Assembly: GCA_017514235.1 (NCBI GenBank)
Contig: JAFWKK010000016.1
Span: 2,221-66,220 of the forward strand
Source: Kiritimatiellia bacterium
GTDB taxonomy: Bacteria > Verrucomicrobiota > Kiritimatiellia > RFP12 > UBA1067
Direction: 5' to 3'
DNA length: 64,000 nucleotides
The notes beneath the pieces were generated by a model. That model worked only from the letters and a program-made list of their open reading frames with translations, was not told where the DNA came from and made no database searches. Position 1 is the stretch's first letter. The number at the start of each line of letters is the position of its first letter. The position numbers were made by a program, and so were the translations under genes. Shown piece by piece: positions 55,615-64,000 of this stretch.

Positions 55615-56763
55615 ATGAAAAATCTGGAAGAGGCACGAAAGGAAATAGACGACATCGACGGACGGTTGGTGCCGCTCCTCAAGAGGCGCCTGGAAATCGC
55701 TGGCGACGTGCTGCGGGCCAAGATCGAGAAGGGCTTGCCGATTCTCGACCCGGCGAGAGAACGCGAGGTGATGGCACGGGTCGCCGAGGAGATCGGCTCC
55801 GGAATGGAAGACGAAGCACGTCTCGTCTTCACCACTCTGTTTGCCATTTCCCGCGCAAGGCAGCGTTCCGCGCTTCCGGACAGGTGTGCGCTTGGAACCG
55901 AGATCGCCGATGCGGTCGCTGCTGCAGGCGGCAAGGCATTCCCGTCGCGCGCCACGGTCGCCTGCCCTGGCACGGAGGGAAGCTATTCGCAGCAGGCGCT
56001 GTGCGCGATGGTCAAGTTCCCGTCGATACTCTACTTCAAGGGGTTTGAGGACGTGTTCATGGCCGTCGAGAAGGGAATGTGCGATTACGGCGTGTTGCCG
56101 ATCGAGAACTCGAAGGCTGGCAGCGTTACCGCAGTCTACGACCTGATGGCACGGCACTCGTTCCGGATAGTCCGTGCGACGCGCCTTCGAATTCACCACG
56201 TGCTGCTTGCCCCGAAGGGCGTGCAGATATCCGACTTGCGCGAAATCACGAGCCACCCTCACGCGCTCGCCCAGTGCGCCAACTTCCTTGCTGCCCATCC
56301 CGGAATCAGGTGCGTGCCGGCGTCCAACACGGCTGCCGCAGCGAAAGAGCTTGCCTCATCAGGGCGTCGCGACAGCGCCGTGATAGCATCGCGCGAGTGC
56401 GCTGTGCTTTACGGGCTCGAGCCGATCGCCGAGGAAGTCTCCGACACCACCAGCAACTTCACCCGCTTCATCTGCATATCAAAACGCGGCGAGATATATC
56501 CGAAGGCGAACAAGATGTCGCTGCTGATGAGCCTCGGGCACCGGCCCGGAGCTCTGGCCGACGTGTTGGTGCGCTTCGCCGCCGTTGGCGTAAACCTCAC
56601 GAAGCTCGAATCGCGGCCCGTGGAAGGGTCGGACTTCGAGTTCCGTTTCATCTTCGAGCTGGAGGCGTCGGTCAATGACGAGCGGACGGTGCGGCTGCTC
56701 ACCGGCCTTGCCAACGACCCGGACATCGAACACTTCACGTTCCTCGGCGCTTACGAGGAATAA
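55615..56763 (+). CDS. pheA: Bifunctional chorismate mutase / prephenate dehydratase
   Basis: N-terminal AroQ-type CM (IDDIDGRLVPLLKRRLEIA), then a PDT domain (ACPGTEGSYSQQA...TSHPHALAQC) and a C-terminal ACT (SLLMSLGHRPGALADVL...ESRP). Confidence 0.92.
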   Translation: MKNLEEARKEIDDIDGRLVPLLKRRLEIAGDVLRAKIEKGLPILDPAREREVMARVAEEIGSGMEDEARLVFTTLFAISRARQRSALPDRCALGTEIADAVAAAGGKAFPSRATVACPGTEGSYSQQALCAMVKFPSILYFKGFEDVFMAVEKGMCDYGVLPIENSKAGSVTAVYDLMARHSFRIVRATRLRIHHVLLAPKGVQISDLREITSHPHALAQCANFLAAHPGIRCVPASNTAAAAKELASSGRRDSAVIASRECAVLYGLEPIAEEVSDTTSNFTRFICISKRGEIYPKANKMSLLMSLGHRPGALADVLVRFAAVGVNLTKLESRPVEGSDFEFRFIFELEASVNDERTVRLLTGLANDPDIEHFTFLGAYEE

Positions 56764-56805
56764 CGAGCCGGATTTCCATGGAATGACAGGTAAAGGAGTG
56801 CTGAA

Positions 56806-57819
56806 ATGATAATAGTGCTGAAGAAGGACGCCGACAAGGGCCAGGTCGAGTCGCTGCTCGGTTGGCTAAGGGCGCGGAACATAAAGCCGAACGTATCTGC
56901 CGGTGACCGTGAAACGGTAATCGGCTGCGTCGGCGACGTAGCGAAGATGGACATCGGACTGGTCCAGGCGCTTAGCGTCGTGGAAAGCGTCCAACGCATA
57001 CAGGAGCCATACAAGGCGGCGAATCGCAAGTTTCATCCAGAGGACACTGTCGTCGACTGCTCCGGCATGAAAATCGGCGGCGGCAACTTCCAGGTGATCG
57101 CTGGGCCGTGCAGCGTGGAGTCGGTCGAACAGATGGTCGGCATCGCAAGGAGCGTGAAGGCGTCAGGAGCGACGCTGATGCGCGGCGGCGCGTTCAAGCC
57201 GCGCACGTCGCCTTACTCGTTCCAGGGCCTCGGCAAGCGCGGGCTTGAGATCCTTCTTGAGGCGAAGCGGGAGACGGGCCTGCCCATCGTCACGGAGCTT
57301 ATGGCGATCGAGCACCTGCCGCTCTTCAACGACGTTGACGTCATACAGATCGGAGCCAGGAACATGCAGAACTTCGATCTCCTCAAGGAGGTCGGCTCGA
57401 TGTCAAAGAAGCCGATACTTCTTAAGCGCGGCATGAGCGCGACGCTGCAGGAACTGCTGATGAGCGCGGAGTACATCATGGCGAGCGGCAACCCGAACGT
57501 CATGCTTTGCGAACGCGGCATACGCACTTTCGAGACGGCTATGCGCAACACGATCGACCTTACGGTGATTCCGGTGCTGAAGAGGCTCTCGCACCTTCCT
57601 GTCGTGATCGACCCGAGCCACGCGACCGGATACGCGCACCTGGTCGAGCCCGTCGCCATGGGTGCGACGGCGATGGGGGCGGACGGGCTCATCATCGAAG
57701 TGCACAACGATCCGCCGCACGCGCTGTGCGACGGCGTTCAGTCGCAGACGCCGGAGATGTTCGCCGAAACCATGAAGAAAATAGCGGCGATCCGTCCGCA
57801 CGCCTGGCGGAGAGCCTGA
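56806..57819 (+). CDS. 3-deoxy-7-phosphoheptulonate (DAHP) synthase, type I-beta with an N-terminal ferredoxin-like regulatory domain
   Basis: MIIVLKKDADKGQVESLL...VIGCVGD is the regulatory domain, as in the Thermotoga-type enzyme. VIAGPCSVES, GAFKPRTSPYSFQG and VIDPSHATG motifs. Confidence 0.92.
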   Translation: MIIVLKKDADKGQVESLLGWLRARNIKPNVSAGDRETVIGCVGDVAKMDIGLVQALSVVESVQRIQEPYKAANRKFHPEDTVVDCSGMKIGGGNFQVIAGPCSVESVEQMVGIARSVKASGATLMRGGAFKPRTSPYSFQGLGKRGLEILLEAKRETGLPIVTELMAIEHLPLFNDVDVIQIGARNMQNFDLLKEVGSMSKKPILLKRGMSATLQELLMSAEYIMASGNPNVMLCERGIRTFETAMRNTIDLTVIPVLKRLSHLPVVIDPSHATGYAHLVEPVAMGATAMGADGLIIEVHNDPPHALCDGVQSQTPEMFAETMKKIAAIRPHAWRRA

Positions 57820-57820
57820 T

Positions 57821-58597
57821 ATGACTGTCGGCATCCGCGGCATGGGGCTTATAGGCGGCTCGTTCGAAAAGGCGTTCCGCGCGGCCGGGCATGAGGTCGT
57901 TGACCTTAAGGCCGCCTCGCCGGAAGCATTCGCCAAGTGTGGACTTGCCGTCGTATGCCTGCCGCCGCGTCTCGTAGCGCCATGGGTAAGCGCACACGCC
58001 GGCGAATTCGCCGACGGCGCGTTCGTCGTCGACGCCGCCGGGGTGAAGGGCGCCGTCTGCCGCGAGCTTGCAGACGTCGCCCGAGCCGCGCACTGGACGT
58101 TCGTCGGCGGGCACCCGATGGCCGGCAAGGAGGTAAGCGGCTACGAGAACTCCGACGCCACGCTTTTCCACGGCGCGTCAATGGTGCTTACTCCGTACGA
58201 CTGGACGCCGCCGGCGGCCGTGGAACGCCTCAAGGAACTTCTCGAGCCTGCCGGCTTCTCGCGCTTCGTAGTAACCGATCCCGATCACCACGACGAGATG
58301 ATAGCCTACACAAGCCAGCTCGCGCACGTCGTGTCGTCCGCCTACGTGCGCGACCCGCTCTCCGCGTCGCACGCCGGCTTCTCCGCCGGCAGCTACCAGG
58401 ACATGACGCGCGTCGCCACGGTCGACCCGGACATCTGGACCGACCTCTTTCTCTTCAACGGCAAGTCGCTCGATGCCGTGCTCGGACGTCTCATCGACCG
58501 TCTCGCCGACTACCGCAACGCCGTTCGCGACGGCAATGCCGCCGCGCTCAGGAGCCTGCTGGCGGAAGGGCGGGCCGCCAAGGAAAGGACGAAGTGA
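57821..58597 (+). CDS. tyrA: Prephenate dehydrogenase
   Basis: VGIRGMGLIGGSF Rossmann motif, GGHPMAGKE, and SQLAHVVSSAY (catalytic His region). Confidence 0.88.
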   Translation: MTVGIRGMGLIGGSFEKAFRAAGHEVVDLKAASPEAFAKCGLAVVCLPPRLVAPWVSAHAGEFADGAFVVDAAGVKGAVCRELADVARAAHWTFVGGHPMAGKEVSGYENSDATLFHGASMVLTPYDWTPPAAVERLKELLEPAGFSRFVVTDPDHHDEMIAYTSQLAHVVSSAYVRDPLSASHAGFSAGSYQDMTRVATVDPDIWTDLFLFNGKSLDAVLGRLIDRLADYRNAVRDGNAAALRSLLAEGRAAKERTK

Positions 58598-59574
58598 TGG
58601 AACTGCCGAACATCGAAGTGGACTTCTCGAAGTTCCCGAGGGCAAAGACGGTCGCGCTGGTCACGGACTCCAACGTGGATCGTCTTTACGGCGATGCGGC
58701 GGTGAAGCGGCTTGAGGCGTCCGGACTGCGCGTTGAGCGCATCGTGTTCCCTGCAGGCGAGCGTTCCAAGACGCTTGACACGTACGCCGAGCTCGTGCGC
58801 GGATTCGCAGCGCTTGGCATGACGCGTGCCGACGTGGCCATAGCGCTTGGCGGCGGCGTCGTAGGCGACCTTGCTGGTTTCGCTGCCGCAACATATATGC
58901 GCGGCATCAGTTTCGTGCAGGTTCCGACCACGCTTCTTGCCATGGTCGATTCTTCCATCGGCGGCAAGACAGGCGTTGACATTCCGGAAGGCAAGAACCT
59001 TGTCGGCGCGTTCCACCTGCCGAGCCAGATCGTCCGTAACGTCGGCTTCCTCGCCACGCTGCCGGAACGGGAGATGAAGAACGGATTCGCCGAACTTATA
59101 AAGACGGCTGTGCTTTTCGATCCTGAACTATTCGCCGCACTGTCGCCGCGTCCTTCGCTAGGCGCACTCGCGCCGCTAGTGGAGCGATGCGCCCGCTGGA
59201 AGGGAGAGGTAGTGGCTGCAGACTTCCGCGAAGTGGGACGCCGAAAGCTGCTCAACCTCGGCCATACGTTCGGCCACGCCATCGAAAGCGCGAGCGGATT
59301 TCGCCTTTCCCACGGCGAGGCTGTGGCTGTCGGAATGCGCATCGTCGGGCGCGATGTGCCGGAAATCGGTGCAATGCTCGACAAATATGGATTTCCTCAA
59401 GCCGACGATGTTTTCTCCGAACCGCTCAACCTGACTCCGGACGATCTGCGCGGCTATCTGGCCAATGACAAGAAACGCTCCGGCGACATGATAACCCTCG
59501 TCGTGCCGAAGCGCATCGGCGAATGCGAACTGAAAGATGTCCCGATGTCGGAACTGGACGCATGGCTAAAGTGA
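58597..59574 (+). CDS. aroB: 3-dehydroquinate synthase
   Basis: TGATG overlap with tyrA. LGGGVVGDLAGFAAATYMRG, VPTTLLAMVDSSIGGKTGV and LNLGHTFGHAIE motifs. Confidence 0.92.
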   Translation: MELPNIEVDFSKFPRAKTVALVTDSNVDRLYGDAAVKRLEASGLRVERIVFPAGERSKTLDTYAELVRGFAALGMTRADVAIALGGGVVGDLAGFAAATYMRGISFVQVPTTLLAMVDSSIGGKTGVDIPEGKNLVGAFHLPSQIVRNVGFLATLPEREMKNGFAELIKTAVLFDPELFAALSPRPSLGALAPLVERCARWKGEVVAADFREVGRRKLLNLGHTFGHAIESASGFRLSHGEAVAVGMRIVGRDVPEIGAMLDKYGFPQADDVFSEPLNLTPDDLRGYLANDKKRSGDMITLVVPKRIGECELKDVPMSELDAWLK

Positions 59575-60581
59575 TAGAACCAGGGCGGCGACGCGGTTCG
59601 GCAACGGTGCCGTCGTCGAAGTCGATCGCACACCGCGAGCTGATAGCGGCGGCGCTTTCCAACGCCGAACCGCCCGTCATTCGCGGCGAATCAAAAGACA
59701 CGCTGGCGACACGCGCATGCCTGAAGGCGATGATGTCAGGAGAAAGCGTCTGGCCGTGCGGCGAAAGCGGCACCACGCTTCGGCTTCTCGAGCCGATTGC
59801 AGGCGTCATGGGCTGGAAGGGAGACTTCGCCTGTGAAGGACGGCTTGGAGAGCGTCCGCGCATGCCGTTCGAGAGGAAGTCTCGCTACGTCGTGCCTGGC
59901 AACGTCTCCTCGCAGTTTGTGAGCGGACTTCTCATGGCGCTGCCGCTTGCCGACTGGGATTCAGAAATAGCGGTCGAAGGCAGGCTGCAAAGCGAGGCAT
60001 ACGTGCGCCTGACCGAGGATACGCTTAGGGCATCTGGCATTTCGTTCGAGCGGCCTGGAGAAGGCGTATGGCGGGTGCCGGGGCGACAGTCATATCGATT
60101 CTGCGGCGGACGCGAGGTTGAGGGCGACTGGTCACAGGCAGCGTTTTTCATTGCTATGGGCGTTGAGGCGAAAGGGCTTCGAGCCGATTCGCTGCAGGGC
60201 GACCGCGCCGTCGTCGGCCTGCTGGCGGAAATCGATTCGGCGCAAGCGGCGGGCGTGACGCTCGACATTTCGCAGACGCCGGATCTTTATCCGGTCCTTG
60301 CCGCATATGCCGCCGCGACCGGACGCGCCGTCGCCTTCACCGGCACCGAGCGGCTGCGACTGAAAGAGTCGGACCGCATAGCGTCAACTGCCGCACTGAT
60401 CGAGTCCGTGCGGCGCGGCGAAACGGTAAAGGCGTTCGGCGACCATAGGATCGCCATGTCTGCGGCCGTAATGGCATGCTATTCAGACAAGCCAATAGCC
60501 ATCGACGACCCTGACTGCGTCGCAAAGTCGTATCCGCGTTTCTGGGATGACTTCGATGCGCTCGAAAGGAGTGCCCCGTGA
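59562..60581 (+). CDS. aroA: 3-phosphoshikimate 1-carboxyvinyltransferase (compact, ~340 aa; start ATG 59562 or GTG 59571)
   Basis: VPSSKSIAHRELIAAAL, GESGTTLRLL, GERP, NVSSQFVSGLLMA, VEGDWSQAAFF, LKESDRI, GDHRIAMS and KSYPRFWDDF motifs occur in the canonical EPSPS order. Confidence 0.85.
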   Translation: MAKVIEPGRRRGSATVPSSKSIAHRELIAAALSNAEPPVIRGESKDTLATRACLKAMMSGESVWPCGESGTTLRLLEPIAGVMGWKGDFACEGRLGERPRMPFERKSRYVVPGNVSSQFVSGLLMALPLADWDSEIAVEGRLQSEAYVRLTEDTLRASGISFERPGEGVWRVPGRQSYRFCGGREVEGDWSQAAFFIAMGVEAKGLRADSLQGDRAVVGLLAEIDSAQAAGVTLDISQTPDLYPVLAAYAAATGRAVAFTGTERLRLKESDRIASTAALIESVRRGETVKAFGDHRIAMSAAVMACYSDKPIAIDDPDCVAKSYPRFWDDFDALERSAP

Positions 60582-61519
60582 AGATCAAGACGTTCGGTGA
60601 ATCCCATGCGCCGGAAATCGGCGTTGAGATGGAAGGCGTGCCGCCGGGAACACGCATAGACATGGATGAGCTTCAGGCTTTCCTCGACAGACGTGCGCCG
60701 GGCAACGGGCAGGGCGGACTTTCGACGCCGCGCCGCGAACCGGACAGGCCTGAGTTCGTCGCCGGCGTCGTTGACGGCATTGCGGACGGCACGACAATCC
60801 GCGCCGTGATCCGAAATACAAACGTGCGTCCGCAAGACTACGCCAACGTTTCTACTGTGCCGCGTCCGGGTCACGCCGACTATGCGTCGTGGCTCAAGTG
60901 CGGAAACATCCCGACGGGCGGCGGCAAGTGGTCGGGACGCATGACCGCACCGCTATGCATTGCAGGCGGCATTGCGATGCAGCTGCTGAAGCGTCGTGGC
61001 ATTGCGGTTTCGTCAGAGGTGCGACGGCCGTCGCTGGACGGCGTGCATTCCGGCGACTCCGTAGGCGGAACAGTGCGTCTTGTCGTCACAGGTTTTCCTG
61101 CGGGCATAGGCGATGCCGGCACGGACGGCATCGAGTCGCGCCTTTCAGCGGCGCTTTTCGGGATTCCGGCCGTCAAGGGCGTCGAGTTCGGCGACGGATT
61201 CGCTCTCGCCGAGATGCGCGGTTCGGAGGCCAACGACGCGTTCGTAGTGGAGAATGGGCGCGTGACGCTCCGTACGAATCATTGCGGCGGCATGCTGGGC
61301 GGCGTCTCGGTCGGAACGCCGATCGTGATCAGGATCGCGTTCAAGCCTACGCCTTCAATTTCCATCGAGCAGGATTCAGTAGACCTTGCGACAATGACTC
61401 CAGTAAAACTGACGGTGAAGGGGCGACACGACCGATGCGTAGCGTTTCGCGGCGCGGTCGCCGCAGAGGCGGCCGTGGCACTGGCGCTAGACGACATGCT
61501 GCAGGAGGCGGGACGATGA
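60578..61519 (+). CDS. aroC: Chorismate synthase (compact, 313 aa)
   Basis: GTGA overlap with aroA. FGESHAPEIGVEMEGVPPG, RPGHADY, SGRMTA, GVEFGDGF and GGMLGGVSVG motifs. Confidence 0.9.
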   Translation: MKIKTFGESHAPEIGVEMEGVPPGTRIDMDELQAFLDRRAPGNGQGGLSTPRREPDRPEFVAGVVDGIADGTTIRAVIRNTNVRPQDYANVSTVPRPGHADYASWLKCGNIPTGGGKWSGRMTAPLCIAGGIAMQLLKRRGIAVSSEVRRPSLDGVHSGDSVGGTVRLVVTGFPAGIGDAGTDGIESRLSAALFGIPAVKGVEFGDGFALAEMRGSEANDAFVVENGRVTLRTNHCGGMLGGVSVGTPIVIRIAFKPTPSISIEQDSVDLATMTPVKLTVKGRHDRCVAFRGAVAAEAAVALALDDMLQEAGR

Positions 61520-62664
61520 AGGCCGGGCTGCTGGGCCGTCGCCTCGGCCATTCCCTCTCGCCGCAGATACACCGCTTCTTCGGCGACTACGACTATTGCC
61601 TTTACGAACGCGAACCGGAGGATGTGGCGGACTTCGTACGCGAATCAGGACTGGACTTTCTGAATGTCACGATTCCCTACAAGCAAACTGTCGCGCATAT
61701 CTGCGACGAACTGACGCCCCTTGCCGAACGGCTCGGCAACGTCAATCTCGTCACACGTCTTTCCGACGGACGGTTTCGCGGCGACAACACTGACTACTTC
61801 GGGTTCTCGCAACTGCTTGACTTTGTCTGCGCGGCGGCAGGAAAGGCCGTGCCGCCGCGTGCGGCGGTTCTTGGCGCGGGCGGAGCCGCGCTTACGGCGA
61901 AGGCTGTGCTTGAGGACCGTTGCGAGGAGGTTGCGCTCGTTCGGCGAGGAGAAATTCCACCGCAGGACGCAGAAATCATCGTGAACGCGACACCGGTCGG
62001 AATGTTCCCAGATGTAGACGGTCGGCGAATCGACATCGCCGGGTTCCCTGCATGCGAAATCGTGCTTGATCTCGTGTACAACCCTTCGCCAACGCGACTC
62101 GTAAGGGAAGCAAGGGCGTGCGGCAAGACTGCAGAAGACGGCATGGTAATGCTTGTTGCACAGGCGTACCGTGCGTTCCAGCTAGCGTCGCCTGACGCGT
62201 CCGCACCCGCAGGGAACCTCTACATTTACGGCCCTCCGGCGTCAGGGAAGACGACTTGGGCGAGGAGGATTGCGGCGGCAACGGGCGCCACCCTTGTTGA
62301 CATAGACGAGGAGATCGTACGCAAGGAGGGACGGACTATTGCCGACATCTTCACTAATGACGGAGAAGCAACGTTCAGGCGCATCGAAAAGGCGACGTTG
62401 GCACGTGTCGCGTCTTCGAGAGGGCAGGTGGTTGCACTCGGCGGCGGCGCACTTCTGGACGATGAATCGCGCAGCATTGCAGAGGCGACAGGTCGCGTGG
62501 TTCTGCTGGAATGTCCCGAAGGGGAGCTGCTGCGGCGTGCCGCAAATTCGTCTGACCGCCCTCTTCTTGCCGGAGACAAGGCGAACAGGCTTGCAGCCTT
62601 GCTTGCCTCGCGCAGGAATCACTATGCCTCGTTTCCCGTAAAGATTTCGACATGGCGTCAGTAA
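61516..62664 (+). CDS. aroE/aroK: Shikimate dehydrogenase - shikimate kinase fusion
   Basis: ATGA overlap with aroC. The N-terminal part has LGHSLSPQIH, NVTIPYKQ, GDNTDYFGF, LGAGGAA and NATPVGM. The C-terminal part has IYGPPASGKTT (Walker A), DIDEEI, FRRIEK and ALGGGAL. Confidence 0.88.
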   Translation: MKAGLLGRRLGHSLSPQIHRFFGDYDYCLYEREPEDVADFVRESGLDFLNVTIPYKQTVAHICDELTPLAERLGNVNLVTRLSDGRFRGDNTDYFGFSQLLDFVCAAAGKAVPPRAAVLGAGGAALTAKAVLEDRCEEVALVRRGEIPPQDAEIIVNATPVGMFPDVDGRRIDIAGFPACEIVLDLVYNPSPTRLVREARACGKTAEDGMVMLVAQAYRAFQLASPDASAPAGNLYIYGPPASGKTTWARRIAAATGATLVDIDEEIVRKEGRTIADIFTNDGEATFRRIEKATLARVASSRGQVVALGGGALLDDESRSIAEATGRVVLLECPEGELLRRAANSSDRPLLAGDKANRLAALLASRRNHYASFPVKISTWRQ

Positions 62665-62688
62665 CAGCAGTTTCAAAGGAGGAACAAC

Positions 62689-63333
62689 ATGAATAGCAAA
62701 GAGAAAGTCAAGGCATGCCTTGCGGCGACGAAGGTCGTCGCAATCATTCGCGGAATGGCGCCTGAAACATGCGTCAGGCTGGCGGAGGCATATCATGAGG
62801 GCGGCATACGCCTGGTGGAGGTCACGTTCGACCAGACAGGCGACCCGGAGGCTACTGTGGCGGCCGTTCGGGCGGTTCGTGCGGCGTATCCCGACATGCA
62901 TGTCGGCGCCGGGACCGTCGTGACGGCAACCCAACTGGACCGTGCGATCGCCGCAGGGGCGGAATTCATCGTCACGCCGAACTGCAATCCACAGATCATC
63001 AGCGCGGCCGGGACCGCCGGGCTTGTCACGATGCCTGGCACGTTCACGCCGACGGAAATGGAGATAGCTCACGAGGCAGGTGCCGACTACGTCAAGGTTT
63101 TCCCGGTCCGCGCGTTAGGTCCGGCATACGTCAAGGACGTCCTTGCCCCTCTGAAGCATCTGAAGCTGATTGCCGTCGGAGGCGTGTCGCCGGAGAATGC
63201 TGCGGACTACATCAAGGCCGGCTGCATCGGCGTCGGTGCAAGCGGCTCGCTGGTGAACAAGGAATGGATTGCGGCAGGCGAGTACGGTCGTATAGCCGAC
63301 GTCGCCCGGAGGCTCGTTGAAAATTGCCGTTGA
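62689..63333 (+). CDS. KDPG/KHG aldolase family protein (second Eda paralog), last gene of the aromatic operon
   Basis: AAAGGAGGA Shine-Dalgarno 24 nt after the aroE/K stop. VVAIIRG, VEVTFDQ, GAGTVV, IVTPN, MPGTFTPTE, VKVFP and AVGGV motifs. Confidence 0.8.
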   Translation: MNSKEKVKACLAATKVVAIIRGMAPETCVRLAEAYHEGGIRLVEVTFDQTGDPEATVAAVRAVRAAYPDMHVGAGTVVTATQLDRAIAAGAEFIVTPNCNPQIISAAGTAGLVTMPGTFTPTEMEIAHEAGADYVKVFPVRALGPAYVKDVLAPLKHLKLIAVGGVSPENAADYIKAGCIGVGASGSLVNKEWIAAGEYGRIADVARRLVENCR

Positions 63334-63381
63334 CCGAGCCCGTTGCCGCAGGAGTCGAGAACAGCCGGCGAATCGCAGATA

Positions 63382-63390
63382 TGATATAAT
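63382..63390 (+). promoter_or_regulatory. Extended -10 box TGATATAAT (batA-like gene)
   Basis: 17 nt before ATG 63408, with no Shine-Dalgarno. Confidence 0.5.
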
Positions 63391-63407
63391 ACGCTTCAAA
63401 AGCGATT

Positions 63408-64000
63408 ATGAAATTTGCGAATCCGATGTTCCTGTTGCTTGTCGCGGCGGTTCCGCTTGCGGGGCTCTTCTGGGCGTTCCTGCGGGCACGGCGTGAAAAG
63501 TCGCTCGACAGGTTGGTGGCGCCGTCGTTGCGCCATCGGCTGATGCCGGCCGGCGTCAACCTTTGGGGTCTTCAGGCATGGCTTATACTTGTAGGAATGT
63601 TCCTATGCCTGTTCGCCGCGTCGCGTCCGCAGTGGGGCAAGACGACCGAACGGACGGTGGAGCGCAGCCGCAACGTGGTGGTTGCCATAGACGTGTCGCG
63701 CTCGATGCTTGCCGAGGACGTGCGTCCGAACCGCCTGGAGCGGGCCAAGGCCGACGTCGCAGACCTCATAGACTCCCTTGAGGGAGACCGCTGCGCACTT
63801 GTGGCGTTCCGGCGCACCGGCGTAGTGATATGCCCGCTCACGACTGACCACGGCTACCTGCGCAGCGCGCTCGAGCAGCTTACGCCGGAATCCGCGCCAC
63901 GCGGCGAGACGGACCTCGGGAGCGCTATCCGGGCGTCGCTTGAGGCGCTGGATCCGGCGGCGGACGACCACAACGCTGTCATAATGATTTCAGACGGCGG
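63408..64000 (+). CDS. BatA-like membrane-anchored von Willebrand factor A domain protein (3' end outside window)
   Basis: My own translation: MKFANPMFLLLVAAVPLAGLFWAFL...VVVAIDVSRSMLAEDVRPNRLERAK...DRCALVAFR...GETDLGSAI...VIMISDGG (MIDAS DxSxS). The frame is open to the window end, so it is absent from the ORF track. Confidence 0.8.
   Translation, partial: MKFANPMFLLLVAAVPLAGLFWAFLRARREKSLDRLVAPSLRHRLMPAGVNLWGLQAWLILVGMFLCLFAASRPQWGKTTERTVERSRNVVVAIDVSRSMLAEDVRPNRLERAKADVADLIDSLEGDRCALVAFRRTGVVICPLTTDHGYLRSALEQLTPESAPRGETDLGSAIRASLEALDPAADDHNAVIMISDG

Noticed and set aside
55505-55618. A 37-codon ORF (MTSVMNEDNGPAPQKRGRFSFSAILRKKDDRKEESIE) spanning the attenuator hairpin and ending in an ATGA overlap with pheA.
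   Set aside because: It has no Shine-Dalgarno and no amino-acid bias relevant to regulation, and it would be read through the terminator stem. It is most likely a chance ORF. It is kept in mind only as a possible coupling ORF if ribosome profiling shows occupancy.

Overview
GC-rich bacterial chromosome segment (roughly 60% GC by eye, not computed). It has about 56 protein-coding genes, 54 of them on the + strand. I found no rRNA, tRNA, CRISPR array, transposase or integrase. The gene content (PATR-repeat and LamG surface proteins, Tat-exported xylose-isomerase-fold and metallophosphoesterase proteins, many glycoside hydrolases) suggests a PVC-type organism (Lentisphaerota, Kiritimatiellota or Verrucomicrobiota), but that is a low-confidence inference. 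The window has four blocks. (1) 1-13.0 kb: a glycerophosphodiester module (Tat metallophosphoesterase, GDPD, GpsA-like), then cysE, two tandem SLT-like paralogs, ychF, pth, ftsB-like, an M50B-like protease, lgt, holA-like, an HTH-EIIA(Ntr) fusion and gap. (2) 13.1-44.8 kb: a large amino-sugar and glycan utilisation locus. It holds nagA, a double clan GH-A hydrolase, a GH78-like protein, a DUF4091/GH123-like protein, GH20, nagB-like, a class II aldolase, an MFS transporter, two more Tat metallophosphoesterases and one XylR/AraC-type regulator. Interleaved are three large non-catalytic secreted proteins that share an unusual extreme C-terminal motif. (3) 44.8-55.4 kb: etfBA, a decayed 1.3 kb insert, acyl-CoA dehydrogenase, eda, small genes, rlmB, pgpA and lptF/G. 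(4) 55.4-63.3 kb: a tightly coupled aromatic amino-acid supraoperon (pheA, DAHP synthase, tyrA, aroB, aroA, aroC, aroE-aroK fusion, eda-like gene), followed by a partial batA-like VWA gene. The most interesting signals are these. A Trp/Phe/Tyr-rich 21-codon leader ORF plus a terminator hairpin lies in front of the aromatic operon and is a candidate multi-aromatic attenuator. An extended -10 box (TGGTATAATAC) recurs, often exactly 7-8 nt from the start codon, implying leaderless mRNAs. A 40-nt promoter element (35/40 identical, 23/23 in its core) is shared by two glycan-locus promoters next to the XylR-like regulator. A shared G-x-x-I-x-[LI]-R-stop tail sits on three surface proteins. All functional calls come from motif recognition by eye; no database search was run.
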